From: Lama guanicoe
Lineage: Eukaryota
NCBI GenBank assembly: GCA_013239625.1
Contig: MU053760.1
Location: 31,119 to 72,343 of the forward strand
Direction of reading: 5' to 3'
Length of the DNA stretch: 41,225 bases
Shown: piece after piece, positions 13,094 to 26,400 of the stretch
Layout: every line of letters begins with the position of its first letter
How positions within the stretch are numbered: the stretch's first letter is position 1
Position numbers and translations under genes: made by a program
Notes under the pieces: generated by a model
What the model was told of the DNA's origin: nothing
The model's database searches: none
What the model saw: the letters and a program-made list of their open reading frames with translations, nothing else

Positions 13094-13110
13094 TTCCACT
13101 TGTGCCTGTA
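13081..13110. other. Orientation-switch (inversion) junction within the 16-bp satellite
   Basis: CCCAGGATTG-TGC-TTCCACTTGTGCCTG: the forward monomer ends in TGC (13091-13093). The same TGC starts a reverse monomer resembling TGCTCCCTCCTGTGCCTG. No spacer. Confidence 0.93.
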
Positions 13111-16100
13111 CACTCCTGGACCTGTTAACTCCTGAGCATGCACTCTCCTGTGTCTGCACACTCCTGGGCCTGAACACTTCTGTGTCTGCACACTCCTGGG
13201 CCTGCACACCCTTTTGACTGCCCTCTCCTGGGCCTGCACACTCATGGGCCTACCCTCTCCTGTGCCTGCACATTCCTGGGCCTGCCCTCTCCTGTGGAAT
13301 CACAATCCTGTGCATGCTCCCACCTGTGTCTTCACACTTTTGGGCCTGTACACTCCTGGGCTTGCACACTACTGGGCCTCCCCTCCCCTGGACCTGCCTT
13401 CTCCTCGGCCTGAAATCCCGTGGGCCTGCCCTCTCCTGGGCCTGCACACTGCAGTGTCTGCCCACTCCTCGACCTGAATACTTCTGGACATGCCCTTTCC
13501 TGGTGATGCCCCCACCTTGGCTGGCCCTCTCCTGGGCCTGTACACTCCTGGGCCTGCCCCCACTTGGATCTGCTATCTCCTGGGCCGGCCCTCAGCTGTC
13601 CTGCCCTCTCCCGTGTCTGCTCACCTCTGGACCTGCACACTCATGTGCCTGCACACCCCTGTGCCAGCACCCTCCTGTGTCTGCACATACTTGGGCCTGT
13701 ATACTCCTGGACTGCACACACCTGGGCCTGCTCCCTACTGTGCCAGCACACACCTGGGCCTGAACAATCCTGGGCCTGCACAATCCTGGGCCTTCACACT
13801 CCAGTGCCTGCACACTCCTGGACCTGACTTCACTTCGACATGCCCTCTCCTGGGCCTGCAAACTCCTGTGTCTGCACACTACTGGGCCTGCACAATCCTG
13901 GGCCTGCCATCACCTGGGTCTGTACACTCCTGTGTCTGCACAGCCCTGAGCCTGCCCATTCCAGGGCCTGTCCTCTCCTGGGCCTGCACACACCTGGGCC
14001 TGCTCCATCCCGTGCCGGCACATGCCTGGGCCTTCAGACTCCTGGGCCTTCACAATCCTGTGCCTGCTCTCACCTGGGTCTTCACAATCCTGGTCCTGCA
14101 CACACCTTGAACTGCACACTCATGGGCCTGCACACTCCTGGACCTGCTCAACCTTGGCCCTGCACAAAAGTGGGCCTGTACACTCCTGGTCCTGCACACC
14201 CCTGGGCCTGTACACTCCTGGGCCTGCGCACACCTGGGCCTGCCCTCTACTGGGGCAGCCCTCACCTGTCCTGCCATCTCCTGTGTCTGCACACTCCTGG
14301 GCCTGCACACTCCTAAGCCTGCCCTCTCCTGGGCCTAGACACTCCTGGGCCTGTGCACTCTTGAGCCTGCCCTATCCAGGGCCTAGACACCCATAGGACT
14401 GCACAGTCCTGGGTCTGTGCATTCCTGGGCATGCACACTCATGGACCTGTCTTCTCCTGGGCCGGCCCTCACCTGTCCTGCCCTCTCCTGTGTCTGCACA
14501 CTCCAGGGGCTGCACACTCCTGTCTCAGAACTCTCCTGGGACTTCACAATCCTGGGCCTCCACTCTCTTGTGTCTGAACACACCTGGGCCTGCACACACC
14601 TGTGTCTGCACACTCCTGGGCCTGGACAGTCTTTGGCCTGCTCCCTCCTATGCTTGCACACTCCAGGTCCTGCACACATCTGGGCCTGCTCCCTTCTGTG
14701 TCTACACACACCAGGGCCTGCACTCTCCTGAGCCTGCATACTACTGGGCCGGCTCCCTCGTGTGAATGCACACTCCAGGGCCTGCACAATCCTGGGTCTG
14801 TTGTCTCCTGAACCTGCCCACTCCTGGGCCTGCACCCTCCTGGGCCTGCCCTCTCCTGGGCCTGCATCCTTCTGGGCCTGCACACTCCTGTGTAGCATCC
14901 ACCTGGGCATGCACACACATGGGCCTGCTCCCTTCTGTGCCTGTAGACATCTGGGAATGCACACTCCTGGGCCTGCACAATCCTTGGCCTGCTCCCTCCT
15001 GTGCCTGCACACTCCTGTGCCTGCTCCCTCCTGGGCATGCACACACCTGGGCCTGCACTCTCCTGGGCCTGCCCTTTCCTGGGCCTGCCCCAATTTGGCA
15101 AGCCCTCTCCTGGACCTGCACACTCTTGGGCCTGCACACTAGAGGGACAGCTCCCTCCTGTGTCGGCACAATCCTGGGCCTTTATACAACTGGGCCTGCA
15201 CACTCCTGGGTCTGCACAGTCCAGGGCCTGCACACACCTGTCTCTGCACACTCCTGGGCCTGCCTCCACCTGTGCCAGAACACTCATGGGCCTGCACACT
15301 TCTAGGCTTGCACAATCCTGTGCCAGCACCCTCCTGTGTCTGCACACACCTTGGACTGCACACTCGTGGGCCTGCACATTCCTGGGCCTGATCCCTCCTG
15401 TTCCTGCACAGTCCTGGGCTTGCACAATCCTGGGCCTGCTCCCTCCTGTGCCTGCTCACTCCTGTGCCTGCTCCATCCTGTGCCTGCACACTCCTGGGCC
15501 TGCACATTCCTGGGCCTGATCCCTCCTGTTCCTGCACAGTCCTGGGCTTGCACAACCCTGGGCCTGCTCCCTCCTGTGCCTGTAGACGTCTGGGACTGCA
15601 CACTCCTGGGCTGCACAAACGTTGGCCTGTTCTCTCCTGTGCCTGCTCACTCCTGTGCCTGCTCCATCCTGGGCCTGAATACTCCTGGGCCTGTACACAC
15701 CTGGGTCTGATCCCTCCTGTGCCTGCCATCTCCTGGGCCTGCACACTCCTGGTCCAGCCCTCTCCTGGGCCTACACACTCCTTGAACTGCACACCCATGG
15801 ATCTTCACACTCCTGGAACTGCACAATCTTGGCCCTGCCAACAACTGGGCCTGTACACTCTTGGGCCTGCACACTCCTGTACAGGCTCCCTCCTGTGTTT
15901 TCACACTACGGGGCCTGCACACTCCTAGGTCTACACAATACTGGCCCTTTTGACACCTGTGTCTGCACACTCCTGGGCCTGCACACCACTGGCCCTGCCC
16001 TATCCTGGGCCAGCCCCCATTTCACCCGACCCTCTCATGGTACCTGCACACACCTGGGACTGCAAACACCTGGGCCTGCAACACCTGGACCACACACACC

Positions 16101-18391
16101 TGGGCCTGCACACTCCTGGGCCTGCACACTCCTGGGCTTGCACACTCCTGTACCTGCTCCCTCCTGTGAATGCATACTCCTGGGACTTCAAACTCCTGGT
16201 ACTGCACACCCATGGGCCTGCACAATCCTCAGCCTGCTCCCACCTGGGCCTGCACATTCCTGGGCCTACACACTACTGGGTCTGCTCCCTCCTTTGCCTG
16301 ACCACACCTGGGCCTGCACAGTACTGGGACTGACCTCTGCTGGGCGTGCACGGTCCTGGGCCTTCACAAAACTGGGTCTGCTCCCTCCTGTGACTGTCAT
16401 CTCCTGGGCCTGCACACACCTGGGAATGCACACTTCTGGGCCTGCCCTCTGCAGGGCGCGAACGGTCCTGGGCCTGCATATTCCTGGGTCTGCTCCCTGC
16501 TGTGCATGCACACACCTATGCCTGCCGTCTCCTGGGGCCGCACACTCTTGGGCCTACACACACCTGGGCCTGCTCCCTCCTGTTCCTGCACACTCCTGGG
16601 TCTGCTCCCTCTTGTGCCTGCACACTCCTGGGCCTGCACACACTTGGGCCTGCCCTCTGCTGGGCGTGCACAGTCCTGGGATTCCCCATTCCTGCACTTG
16701 ATCACACATGGGCAAGACCTCTCATGGGCCTGCACATCCTGGGGCCTGCCATCACCTGGGTCTGCACAATCCTGGGCCTGCACATGCCTGGGCTAGCCCT
16801 GTTCTGGGCCTGCAAACTCCTGTTCTTGCCCTCTCCTGGGCATGCACACACGTGGGCCAGCCCAATCCTGGGCCTGCACAATCCTGGGTCTGCCCTCACA
16901 TGGGGCTGCATATTCCTGGGCCTACTCCCTCCTGTGACTGCACACTGCTGGATCTTCACTGTCATGTGTCTGCACACACCAAGGTCTGCAAAATCCTGGG
17001 CCTGAACTATCCTGTGCCTGCTCCCTCCTGTGTCTGCACAAGAGTGTGTCTGCACACTCCTGGGCCTGCACACTGCTGGGCCTGCCCGCTCCTGTGTCTG
17101 CACAATCTTTGCATGCACACGCTTGGTCCTTCACATTCATGGGCCTTCTCAATCCTGTGCTTGCATAATCCTGGGCCTGCCCTACCCTGGGCTGCTTACT
17201 CCTGTGTGTGCACACTCCTGGTCCTGCACACTACTGGGCCTGCCCTCTCATGCAACTTCCCCAATTCGACTGGTCCTCTCTTGGGCCGGTTCCGTCTTGT
17301 GTCTGCACACATCTGGTCCTGCTCCGTCCTTTTTCTGCACACTCCTGGGCCTGCACACTCCTGAGCCTCTTCCGTCTTGTGTCTTCACACTCATGGGCCT
17401 GCACACTCATGGGTCTGCCCTCCCCGGGCCTGCACTTATCTGGACCTGCTCGGCCATGTGTCTGCACACTCCTGGGCCTGTTCCGTCTTGTGTCTGCACA
17501 CCCATGGGCCTGCACACTCATGGGTCTGCCCTCTCCTGGGACTGCACACAAATGGTCATGCTCTGCCCTATGTCTGCACAATCCTGGCCCTACACATTCG
17601 TGTACCTGCACACACGTGGGCCTGCACAATCCTCTGTCTGCACACTCTATGTCGGTACACAACTGAGCCTCCATTCTCCAGGGCCTGCTCACCCCAGGGA
17701 CTGCACACACATAGGCCTGCACATTCCTGGGCCTGCACAATCCTGGGCCAGCACACACCTTGGCCTGCTCCCTCCTGTGTCTGCACACTTCTGGGCCTGC
17801 CATCTCCTGGGCCCACACACACCTCTGTCTGCACAATCCTGGACCTGCTCCCACATGTGTCGTCACACCCCTGGGACTGCACACTTCTGCGCCTGCACAC
17901 TCCTGGGAATGCACAAAACTGGGCCTGCCCTATCCTGTTTCTGCACACTCCTGGGCCTTCACACTACTGGACCTGCACACTAATCGGCCTACACTCTCCT
18001 TGGATTGCATACATGTGTGCCTGCTCCCTACTGTGTCTGAACACTCCTGTGTATGCACATTACTGGACATGCACACTTCTGTGCAGGCACAATCCTGGTC
18101 CTGCTCCCCACTGTGCTGTCACACTCTTGGGACTGCACACATGTGTGCATGTAGACTCCTTGGCCTACACACTCCTGGCCTTTCTCACTCATGTGCCTGC
18201 ACAGTACGGGGCTGAACACTCCTAAGCCTGCTCCCTAATGTGTCTGCACACTCTTGGGCTGGCACAATAGTAGGTCTACTCCCTCCTGTGCCTACACACA
18301 CCTGGGCCTGCACACCCCAGGACTTGTACAGTCCTGGGCCTGCCCTGGCCTGGGCTGGAACACTACTGGGCCTGCCCTCTCCTGGCCCTAG

Positions 18392-20486
18392 ACACTCCTG
18401 GGCCTGTACACTCCTGGGCCTGTACACTCCTGGGCCTGTACACTCCTGGGCCTGTACACTCCTGGGCCTGTACACTCCTGGGCCTGTACACTCCTGGGCC
18501 TGTACACTCCTGGGCCTGTACACTCCTGGGCCTGTACACTCCTGGGCCTGTACACTCCTGGGCCTGTACACTCCTGGGCCTGTACACTCCTGGGCCTGTA
18601 CACTCCTGGGCCTGTACACTCCTGGGCCTGTACACTCCTGGGCCTGTACACTCCTGGGCCTGTACACTCCTGGGCCTGTACACTCCTGGGCCTGTACACT
18701 CCTGGGCCTGTACACTCCTGGGCCTGTACACTCCTGGGCCTGTACACTCCTGGGCCTGTACACTCCTGGGCCTGTACACTCCTGGGCCTGTACACTCCTG
18801 GGCCTGTACACTCCTGGGCCTGTACACTCCTGGGCCTGTACACTCCTGGGCCTGTACACTCCTGGGCCTGTACACTCCTGGGCCTGTACACTCCTGGGCC
18901 TGTACACTCCTGGGCCTGTACACTCCTGGGCCTGTACACTCCTGGGCCTGTACACTCCTGGGCCTGTACACTCCTGGGCCTGTACACTCCTGGGCCTGTA
19001 CACTCCTGGGCCTGTACACTCCTGGGCCTGTACACTCCTGGGCCTGTACACTCCTGGGCCTGTACACTCCTGGGCCTGTACACTCCTGGGCCTGTACACT
19101 CCTGGGCCTGTACACTCCTGGGCCTGTACACTCCTGGGCCTGTACACTCCTGGGCCTGTACACTCCTGGGCCTGTACACTCCTGGGCCTGTACACTCCTG
19201 GGCCTGTACACTCCTGGGCCTGTACACTCCTGGGCCTGTACACTCCTGGGCCTGTACACTCCTGGGCCTGTACACTCCTGGGCCTGTACACTCCTGGGCC
19301 TGTACACTCCTGGGCCTGTACACTCCTGGGCCTGTACACTCCTGGGCCTGTACACTCCTGGGCCTGTACACTCCTGGGCCTGTACACTCCTGGGCCTGTA
19401 CACTCCTGGGCCTGTACACTCCTGGGCCTGTACACTCCTGGGCCTGTACACTCCTGGGCCTGTACACTCCTGGGCCTGTACACTCCTGGGCCTGTACACT
19501 CCTGGGCCTGTACACTCCTGGGCCTGTACACTCCTGGGCCTGTACACTCCTGGGCCTGTACACTCCTGGGCCTGTACACTCCTGGGCCTGTACACTCCTG
19601 GGCCTGTACACTCCTGGGCCTGTACACTCCTGGGCCTGTACACTCCTGGGCCTGTACACTCCTGGGCCTGTACACTCCTGGGCCTGTACACTCCTGGGCC
19701 TGTACACTCCTGGGCCTGTACACTCCTGGGCCTGTACACTCCTGGGCCTGTACACTCCTGGGCCTGTACACTCCTGGGCCTGTACACTCCTGGGCCTGTA
19801 CACTCCTGGGCCTGTACACTCCTGGGCCTGTACACTCCTGGGCCTGTACACTCCTGGGCCTGTACACTCCTGGGCCTGTACACTCCTGGGCCTGTACACT
19901 CCTGGGCCTGTACACTCCTGGGCCTGTACACTCCTGGGCCTGTACACTCCTGGGCCTGTACACTCCTGGGCCTGTACACTCCTGGGCCTGTACACTCCTG
20001 GGCCTGTACACTCCTGGGCCTGTACACTCCTGGGCCTGTACACTCCTGGGCCTGTACACTCCTGGGCCTGTACACTCCTGGGCCTGTACACTCCTGGGCC
20101 TGTACACTCCTGGGCCTGTACACTCCTGGGCCTGTACACTCCTGGGCCTGTACACTCCTGGGCCTGTACACTCCTGGGCCTGTACACTCCTGGGCCTGTA
20201 CACTCCTGGGCCTGTACACTCCTGGGCCTGTACACTCCTGGGCCTGTACACTCCTGGGCCTGTACACTCCTGGGCCTGTACACTCCTGGGCCTGTACACT
20301 CCTGGGCCTGTACACTCCTGGGCCTGTACACTCCTGGGCCTGTACACTCCTGGGCCTGTACACTCCTGGGCCTGTACACTCCTGGGCCTGTACACTCCTG
20401 GGCCTGTACACTCCTGGGCCTGTACACTCCTGGGCCTGTACACTCCTGGGCCTGTACACTCCTGGGCCTGTACACTCCTGGGCCTG
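18392..20486 (-). repeat. Perfect homogeneous tandem array (ACACTCCTGGGCCTGT), 130 full copies plus 15 nt
   Basis: First unit starts at 18392 and the last partial unit at 20472; (20472-18392)/16=130. No variant seen, and the ORF track gives uninterrupted 16-aa repeats on both strands. Confidence 0.98.
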
Positions 20487-20490
20487 CTCC

Positions 20491-23400
20491 CTCCTGTGTA
20501 TGCACATTACTGGACATGCACACTTCTGTGCTGGCACACTCCTGGGCCTGCTCCCCCCTGTGCCGTCACACTCCTTGGACTGCACACTTGTGCTCATGCA
20601 GACTCATTGGCCTACAGAATCCTGGCCCTTCTCCCTCCTGTGCATGCACAGTATGGACCTGAACACTCCTGAGCCTGCTCCCTACTGTGTCTGCAACTCC
20701 TGGGCTGGCATAAGAGTAGACCTACTCCCTCCTGTGCCTGCACACATCTGGGCCTGCACACCCCTGGACTTGTACAGTCCTGGGCCTTCCCTGGCCTGGG
20801 CCGTCACACTACTGGGCCTGTACACTCCTGGGCCTGCCCTCTCCTGTGTCTGCACACTCCTGGGCCTCTACACTCCTGGGCCTGCCCTCTCCTGGGCCTG
20901 CAGATGCCTGGGCATTTTCCGTCTTGTGTCTGCACACTCATGGGCCTGCACAAATCTGGTCTTGATCTGCCCTGTATCTGCGCTCTCCTGGGCCTGCACA
21001 TTCGTGCGCCTGCACAAGCATGGGCCTGCACACCCCTGTGTCTTCCCAATCCTGTGTCTGCTCACACCTGGGACTCCATCTCCAGGGCCTGCTCAATCCT
21101 GGGCCTGCTCCCTGCTGTGTCTGAACAATTCTGGGTCTGCCATCTCCTGGGCCCGCACACTAATCTGTATGCACAAGCCTGGACCTGCTCCCTCCTGTGC
21201 CGTCACACACCTGGGCCTGCACACTTCTGCACCTGCACACACCTGGGGATGCACTCTCCTGGGCATGCACACACCTGGGCCTGCTCCAGCCTGTGAGTCA
21301 ACACTCCTGGTCCTGCACACTACTGGACCTGCACACTCATCGGCCTGCACTCTCCTTGGAAAGCACAACTGTGTGCCTGCTCCCTAATGTGTCTGAAAAC
21401 TCCTGGGTCTGCACACTCTTGTGTCTGCAAATTCCTGGACCTGCACACTCCTGTGCCATCACTCTCCTGGGACTGCACACTTGTGTGCCTGCAGAATCCT
21501 TGGCCTACACACTCCTGGCTCTTCTCCCTCCTGTGCCTCACAATATGGACCTGAACACTCCTGAGCCTGCTTCCTATTGTGTCTGCACAATCCTGGGCTG
21601 GCACAATATTAGGCCTACTCCCTCCTGTGCCTGCACTCTCCTGGGCCTGCACACCCCTGGAATTGTATAGACCTGGGCCTGTCCTGGCCTAGGCCTGCAT
21701 GCTACTGGGCCTGCACCTTCCTTGGCCTGCCCACTCGTGTGTCTGCACACCCCTGGGCCTGTTCAATCCTGGAACTGAACACTTGGATATGACCTCCCCT
21801 GTGCCTACACATCTGGGACTGCACAATCCTGGGCCTGCACATTCGTGTGTCTGCACACTCCTGGGCATGCACACTCGTGTGTCTGCATGCTCTTGGGCCT
21901 GAACACTCCTGGGCCTTGACACTCCTGTGTCTGCACAATCCTGGGCCTGTTACCTCCTGAGCCAAGAAACCCCTGGTCATAACAGTCCTGGGCCAGCACA
22001 CTCCTGGGTCTTCCATCTCCTGGGCCTGTACACTCCTGGGCCTGCTCCCACCTGGGATGGCCCTCAACTGTCCTACTCTCTCCTAGGACTGCACACTCCT
22101 GGGACTGAACACTTCTGTGTCTGCATATACCTGGGCCTGCACAATCCAGGTATTAACTTCTCCTTGGACTGCCCTATTCTGGGCCTGCACACTACTGAGC
22201 CTGTACACTCCTGGGCCTGTACAATCCTGGGCCTGCCCTCTCCTAGTCCTGCGCACTCCTGGGCCTGCCCTCTCATGTGTCTGCACACTCCTGGGTCTGC
22301 CCTTTCCTGGGAAAGCCCTCACCTGTACTGCCTTCTCCTGGGTCTGCACACTCCTGGGCATGCACACTCCTGAGCCTGCCCTCTCCTGGGCCTAGACACC
22401 CCTGGGCCTGCACAGTCCTGAGCCAGCCCTCTACTGGGCCTAGACACACCTGGGACAGCACAGTCCTGGGCCTGTACACTCCTGGCCCTGCCCTCTCCAG
22501 GGCCTGTGCACTCCTGGGCCTGCCCTCTCCTGTGTCTGGACACTCCTGGGCCTGCCCTCTCTGGGAGAGCCCTCACCTGTACTGCCCTCTCCTGTACCTC
22601 CACACTCCTGGGCCTGCACAATCCTGGGTTGCCCTCTGCTGAGTGTGCATGTTCCTGGAACTCCCCATTCCTGCACTTGGACACCCTTGGGCAAGCCCTC
22701 TCCTGGGCTTGCACACTCTGGGGACTGCCCACACCTGGGTCTGCACACTCTTGGGCCTGCACACTGCTGGGCTTGACAGAACAGCCCCTGTCCACTCCTG
22801 AGTCTGCACACCCCTGGGACTGCACCCTCCTTTGCCTGGACACTCCTGGGCCTGCCCTACCCTGGGCTGCTTACTCCTGTGTTTGCACACTACTGGGCCT
22901 GGACACTACTGGGCCTGCCCTCATATGCACCTTCCCCCACTTCGAACGGCCCTCTCTTGGGCCTGTTCCATCTTGTGTCTGCACATATCTGGTCCTGTCC
23001 ATCCTTTTTCTGCACAATTCTGGGAATGCTCCCTTCTGTGCCTGCGTAGTCCTTGGCCTGCTCACTCCTGTATTTGCACAATCCTGGGCTGTACACTCCA
23101 GTGTCTGCACATTCCTCGGCCTGCCCTCTCTTTTTCCTCTCTGAACTCCCTTGGGCTTGCACACTCCTTGGCCTGCTCCCTCCTTTGCCTGCACTCTTCT
23201 GGACCTGCCTTCTCCTGGGCCTGCCCCCACATTGACATAGCCTCTTCTGAGCCGGCACTCACCTGCCCTGCCCTCTCCTGTCCCTTCACATTCCTTCACA
23301 TGCACAGAAGTGTGTCTGCACACTCCTAGGCCTGCACACACCTCGACCTGCACACACCTCACCCTGCACTCTCATGGGCATGCTCCCTCGTGGGCTTGAA

Positions 23401-26400
23401 CACTCCTGGACCTGCCCAGGCCTGGGCATGCCCCTACTTTGGACAGCCCTCTCCTGGGTCTGCACACTCCTGGGCCTGCACACTCCTGAGACTGCTCCCT
23501 CTTGATCCTGCAGTCTCATGGGAATGTACACTCCTGGTCCTGCACACTACTGGGCCTGCCCTCTCATGTACATTCCCCCACTTCGACTGGTCCTCCCTTG
23601 GGCCTGTTCCGTCTTGTGTCTGCACACATCTGGTCTTTCTCCATCATTTTTCTGCATAAACCTGGACCTGCACACTCCTGGGCCTGTTCCGTCTTTTGTC
23701 ATCACACACATGGTTCTGCACTGCCCTCTCCTGGGCCTGCACACAAATGGTCCTGCTCTGCCATGGGTCTGCACACTCCTGGGCCTGCACATTGCTGTGC
23801 ATGCACACACATTGGCCTGCACACTCCTTTGTCTGCAAACTCCTGTGTCTGAACACACCTGTGCCTCACTTCTCTAGGGCCTGCTCACTACTGGGACTGC
23901 ACACACATAGGACTGCACACTACTGGGCCTGTACAATCCTGGGACTGCACACAGCTGGGCCTGCTCCCTCCTTTATCTGCACACTTCTGGGCCCGCACAA
24001 TCCTGTGTCTGCACAATCATGGACCTGCTCCCTCCTGTGCCATCACACTCCTTGGACTGCACATTTCTGTGCCTGAACAATCCTGGGTCTGCACAATCCA
24101 GGGTCAAACTTCTCCTTTGCCAGCCCTCTTCTGGGCCTGCACACTCCTGAGCCTGCCCTCTCCTGGGACAGCCTTCACCTGTACTGACCACTCCAGTGCT
24201 TGCACACTCCTGGGCCTGCACACACCTGGGTTGCCTTCTGCTGGGTGTGCATGTCAGGGCCTGCCCGCTCCTGTGTCTGCACAATCTTTGCATGCACACG
24301 CTTGGTTCTTCACCTTCATGGGCCTTCTCCCTCCTTTGCCTGCACACTCCTGGGCCTGCCCTACCCTTGGCTGTTACTCCTGTGCATGCACACTCATGGT
24401 CCTGCACACTACTGGGCCTGCCCTCTCATGCAACTTCCCCAATTCGACTGGTCCTCTCTTGGGCTGGTTCCGTCTTGTGTCTGCACACATCTGGTCCTGC
24501 TCCGTCCTTTTTCTGCACACTCCTGGGCCTGCACACTCCTGAGCCTCTTCCGTCTTGTGTCTTCACACTCATGGGCCTGCCCTCCCCTGGGCCTGTACAC
24601 ATCTGGACCTGCTATGCCATGTGTCTGCACACTCCTGGGCCTGTTCCATCTTGTGTCTACACACTCATGGGACTGCACTCTCATGATTCTGCCCTCTCCT
24701 GGGACTGCACACAAATGGTCATGCTCTGCCCCGTGTATGCACAATCCTGGCCCTACACATTCGTGTACCTGCACACTCATGGGCCTGCACAATCCTGTGT
24801 CTGCACACACCTGGGACTCCCTTCTCCAGGGCCTGCTCAACTCTGGGACTGCACACATATAGGCCTGCACATTCCTGGGCCTGCACATTCCTGGGCCTGC
24901 ACACAACTGGACCTGCACACTCCTGGACCTGCACACTCCTGGGCTGCCCTCTCCTGGGCCTGCACTCTCCTTGGCCTGCACACTCCTGGGCCTGCACAAA
25001 ACTGGGCCTGCTCTATCCTGTTTCTTCACACTTCTGGGCCTGCACACAACTGGACATGCACACTCATCGGCCTACACTCTCCTTGGACTGCACACATGTG
25101 TGCCTGCTCCCTACTGTGCCTGAACACTCCTGAGTCTGAACACTCCTGTGTATGCACATTACTGGACATGCACACTTCTGTGCTGGCACACTCCTGGGCC
25201 TGCTCCCCCCTGTGCCGTCACACTCCTTGGACTGCACACTTGTGCTCATGCAGACTCATTGGCCTACAGAATCCTGGCCCTTCTCCCTCCTGTGCATGCA
25301 CAGTATGGACCTGAACACTCCTGAGCCTGCTCCCTACTGTGTCTGCAACTCCTGGGCTGGCATAAGAGTAGACCTACTCCCTCCTGTGCCTGCACACATC
25401 TGGGCCTGCACACCCCTGGACTTGTACAGTCCTGGGCCTTCCCTGGCCTGGGCCGTCACACTACTGGGCCTGTACACTCCTGGGCCTGCCCTCTCCTGTG
25501 TCTGCACACTCCTGGGCCTCTACACTCCTGGGCCTGCCCTCTCCTGGGCCTGCAGATGCCTGGGCATTTTCCGTCTTGTGTCTGCACACTCATGGGCCTG
25601 CACAAATCTGGTCTTGATCTGCCCTGTATCTGCGCTCTCCTGGGCCTGCACATTCGTGCGCCTGCACAAGCATGGGCCTGCACACCCCTGTGTCTTCCCA
25701 ATCCTGTGTCTGCTCACACCTGGGACTCCATCTCCAGGGCCTGCTCAATCCTGGGCCTGCTCCCTGCTGTGTCTGAACAATTCTGGGTCTGCCATCTCCT
25801 GGGCCCGCACACTAATCTGTATGCACAAGCCTGGACCTGCTCCCTCCTGTGCCGTCACACACCTGGGCCTGCACACTTCTGCACCTGCACACACCTGGGG
25901 ATGCACTCTCCTGGGCATGCACACACCTGGGCCTGCTCCAGCCTGTGAGTCAACACTCCTGGTCCTGCACACTACTGGACCTGCACACTCATCGGCCTGC
26001 ACTCTCCTTGGAAAGCACAACTGTGTGCCTGCTCCCTAATGTGTCTGAAAACTCCTGGGTCTGCACACTCTTGTGTCTGCAAATTCCTGGACCTGCACAC
26101 TCCTGTGCCATCACTCTCCTGGGACTGCACACTTGTGTGCCTGCAGAATCCTTGGCCTACACACTCCTGGCTCTTCTCCCTCCTGTGCCTCACAATATGG
26201 ACCTGAACACTCCTGAGCCTGCTTCCTATTGTGTCTGCACAATCCTGGGCTGGCACAATATTAGGCCTACTCCCTCCTGTGCCTGCACTCTCCTGGGCCT
26301 GCACACCCCTGGAATTGTATAGACCTGGGCCTGTCCTGGCCTAGGCCTGCATGCTACTGGGCCTGCACCTTCCTTGGCCTGCCCACTCGTGTGTCTGCAC

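Noticed and set aside
13081..13110. Telomere-telomere fusion site or perfect palindrome
   Set aside because: The G-rich to C-rich geometry is similar, but there are no telomeric hexamers and the flanks are not mirror copies.
18392..20486. CRISPR array or telomeric repeat
   Set aside because: The repeats are head-to-tail with no spacers and no cas genes, the context is mammalian, and there are no TTAGGG tracts.
22935..22960. Recurrent TTCG motifs as possible CENP-B boxes (also TTCG/CGAA in the 249-mer)
   Set aside because: They lack the required A and CGGG positions of NTTCGNNNNANNCGGGN.
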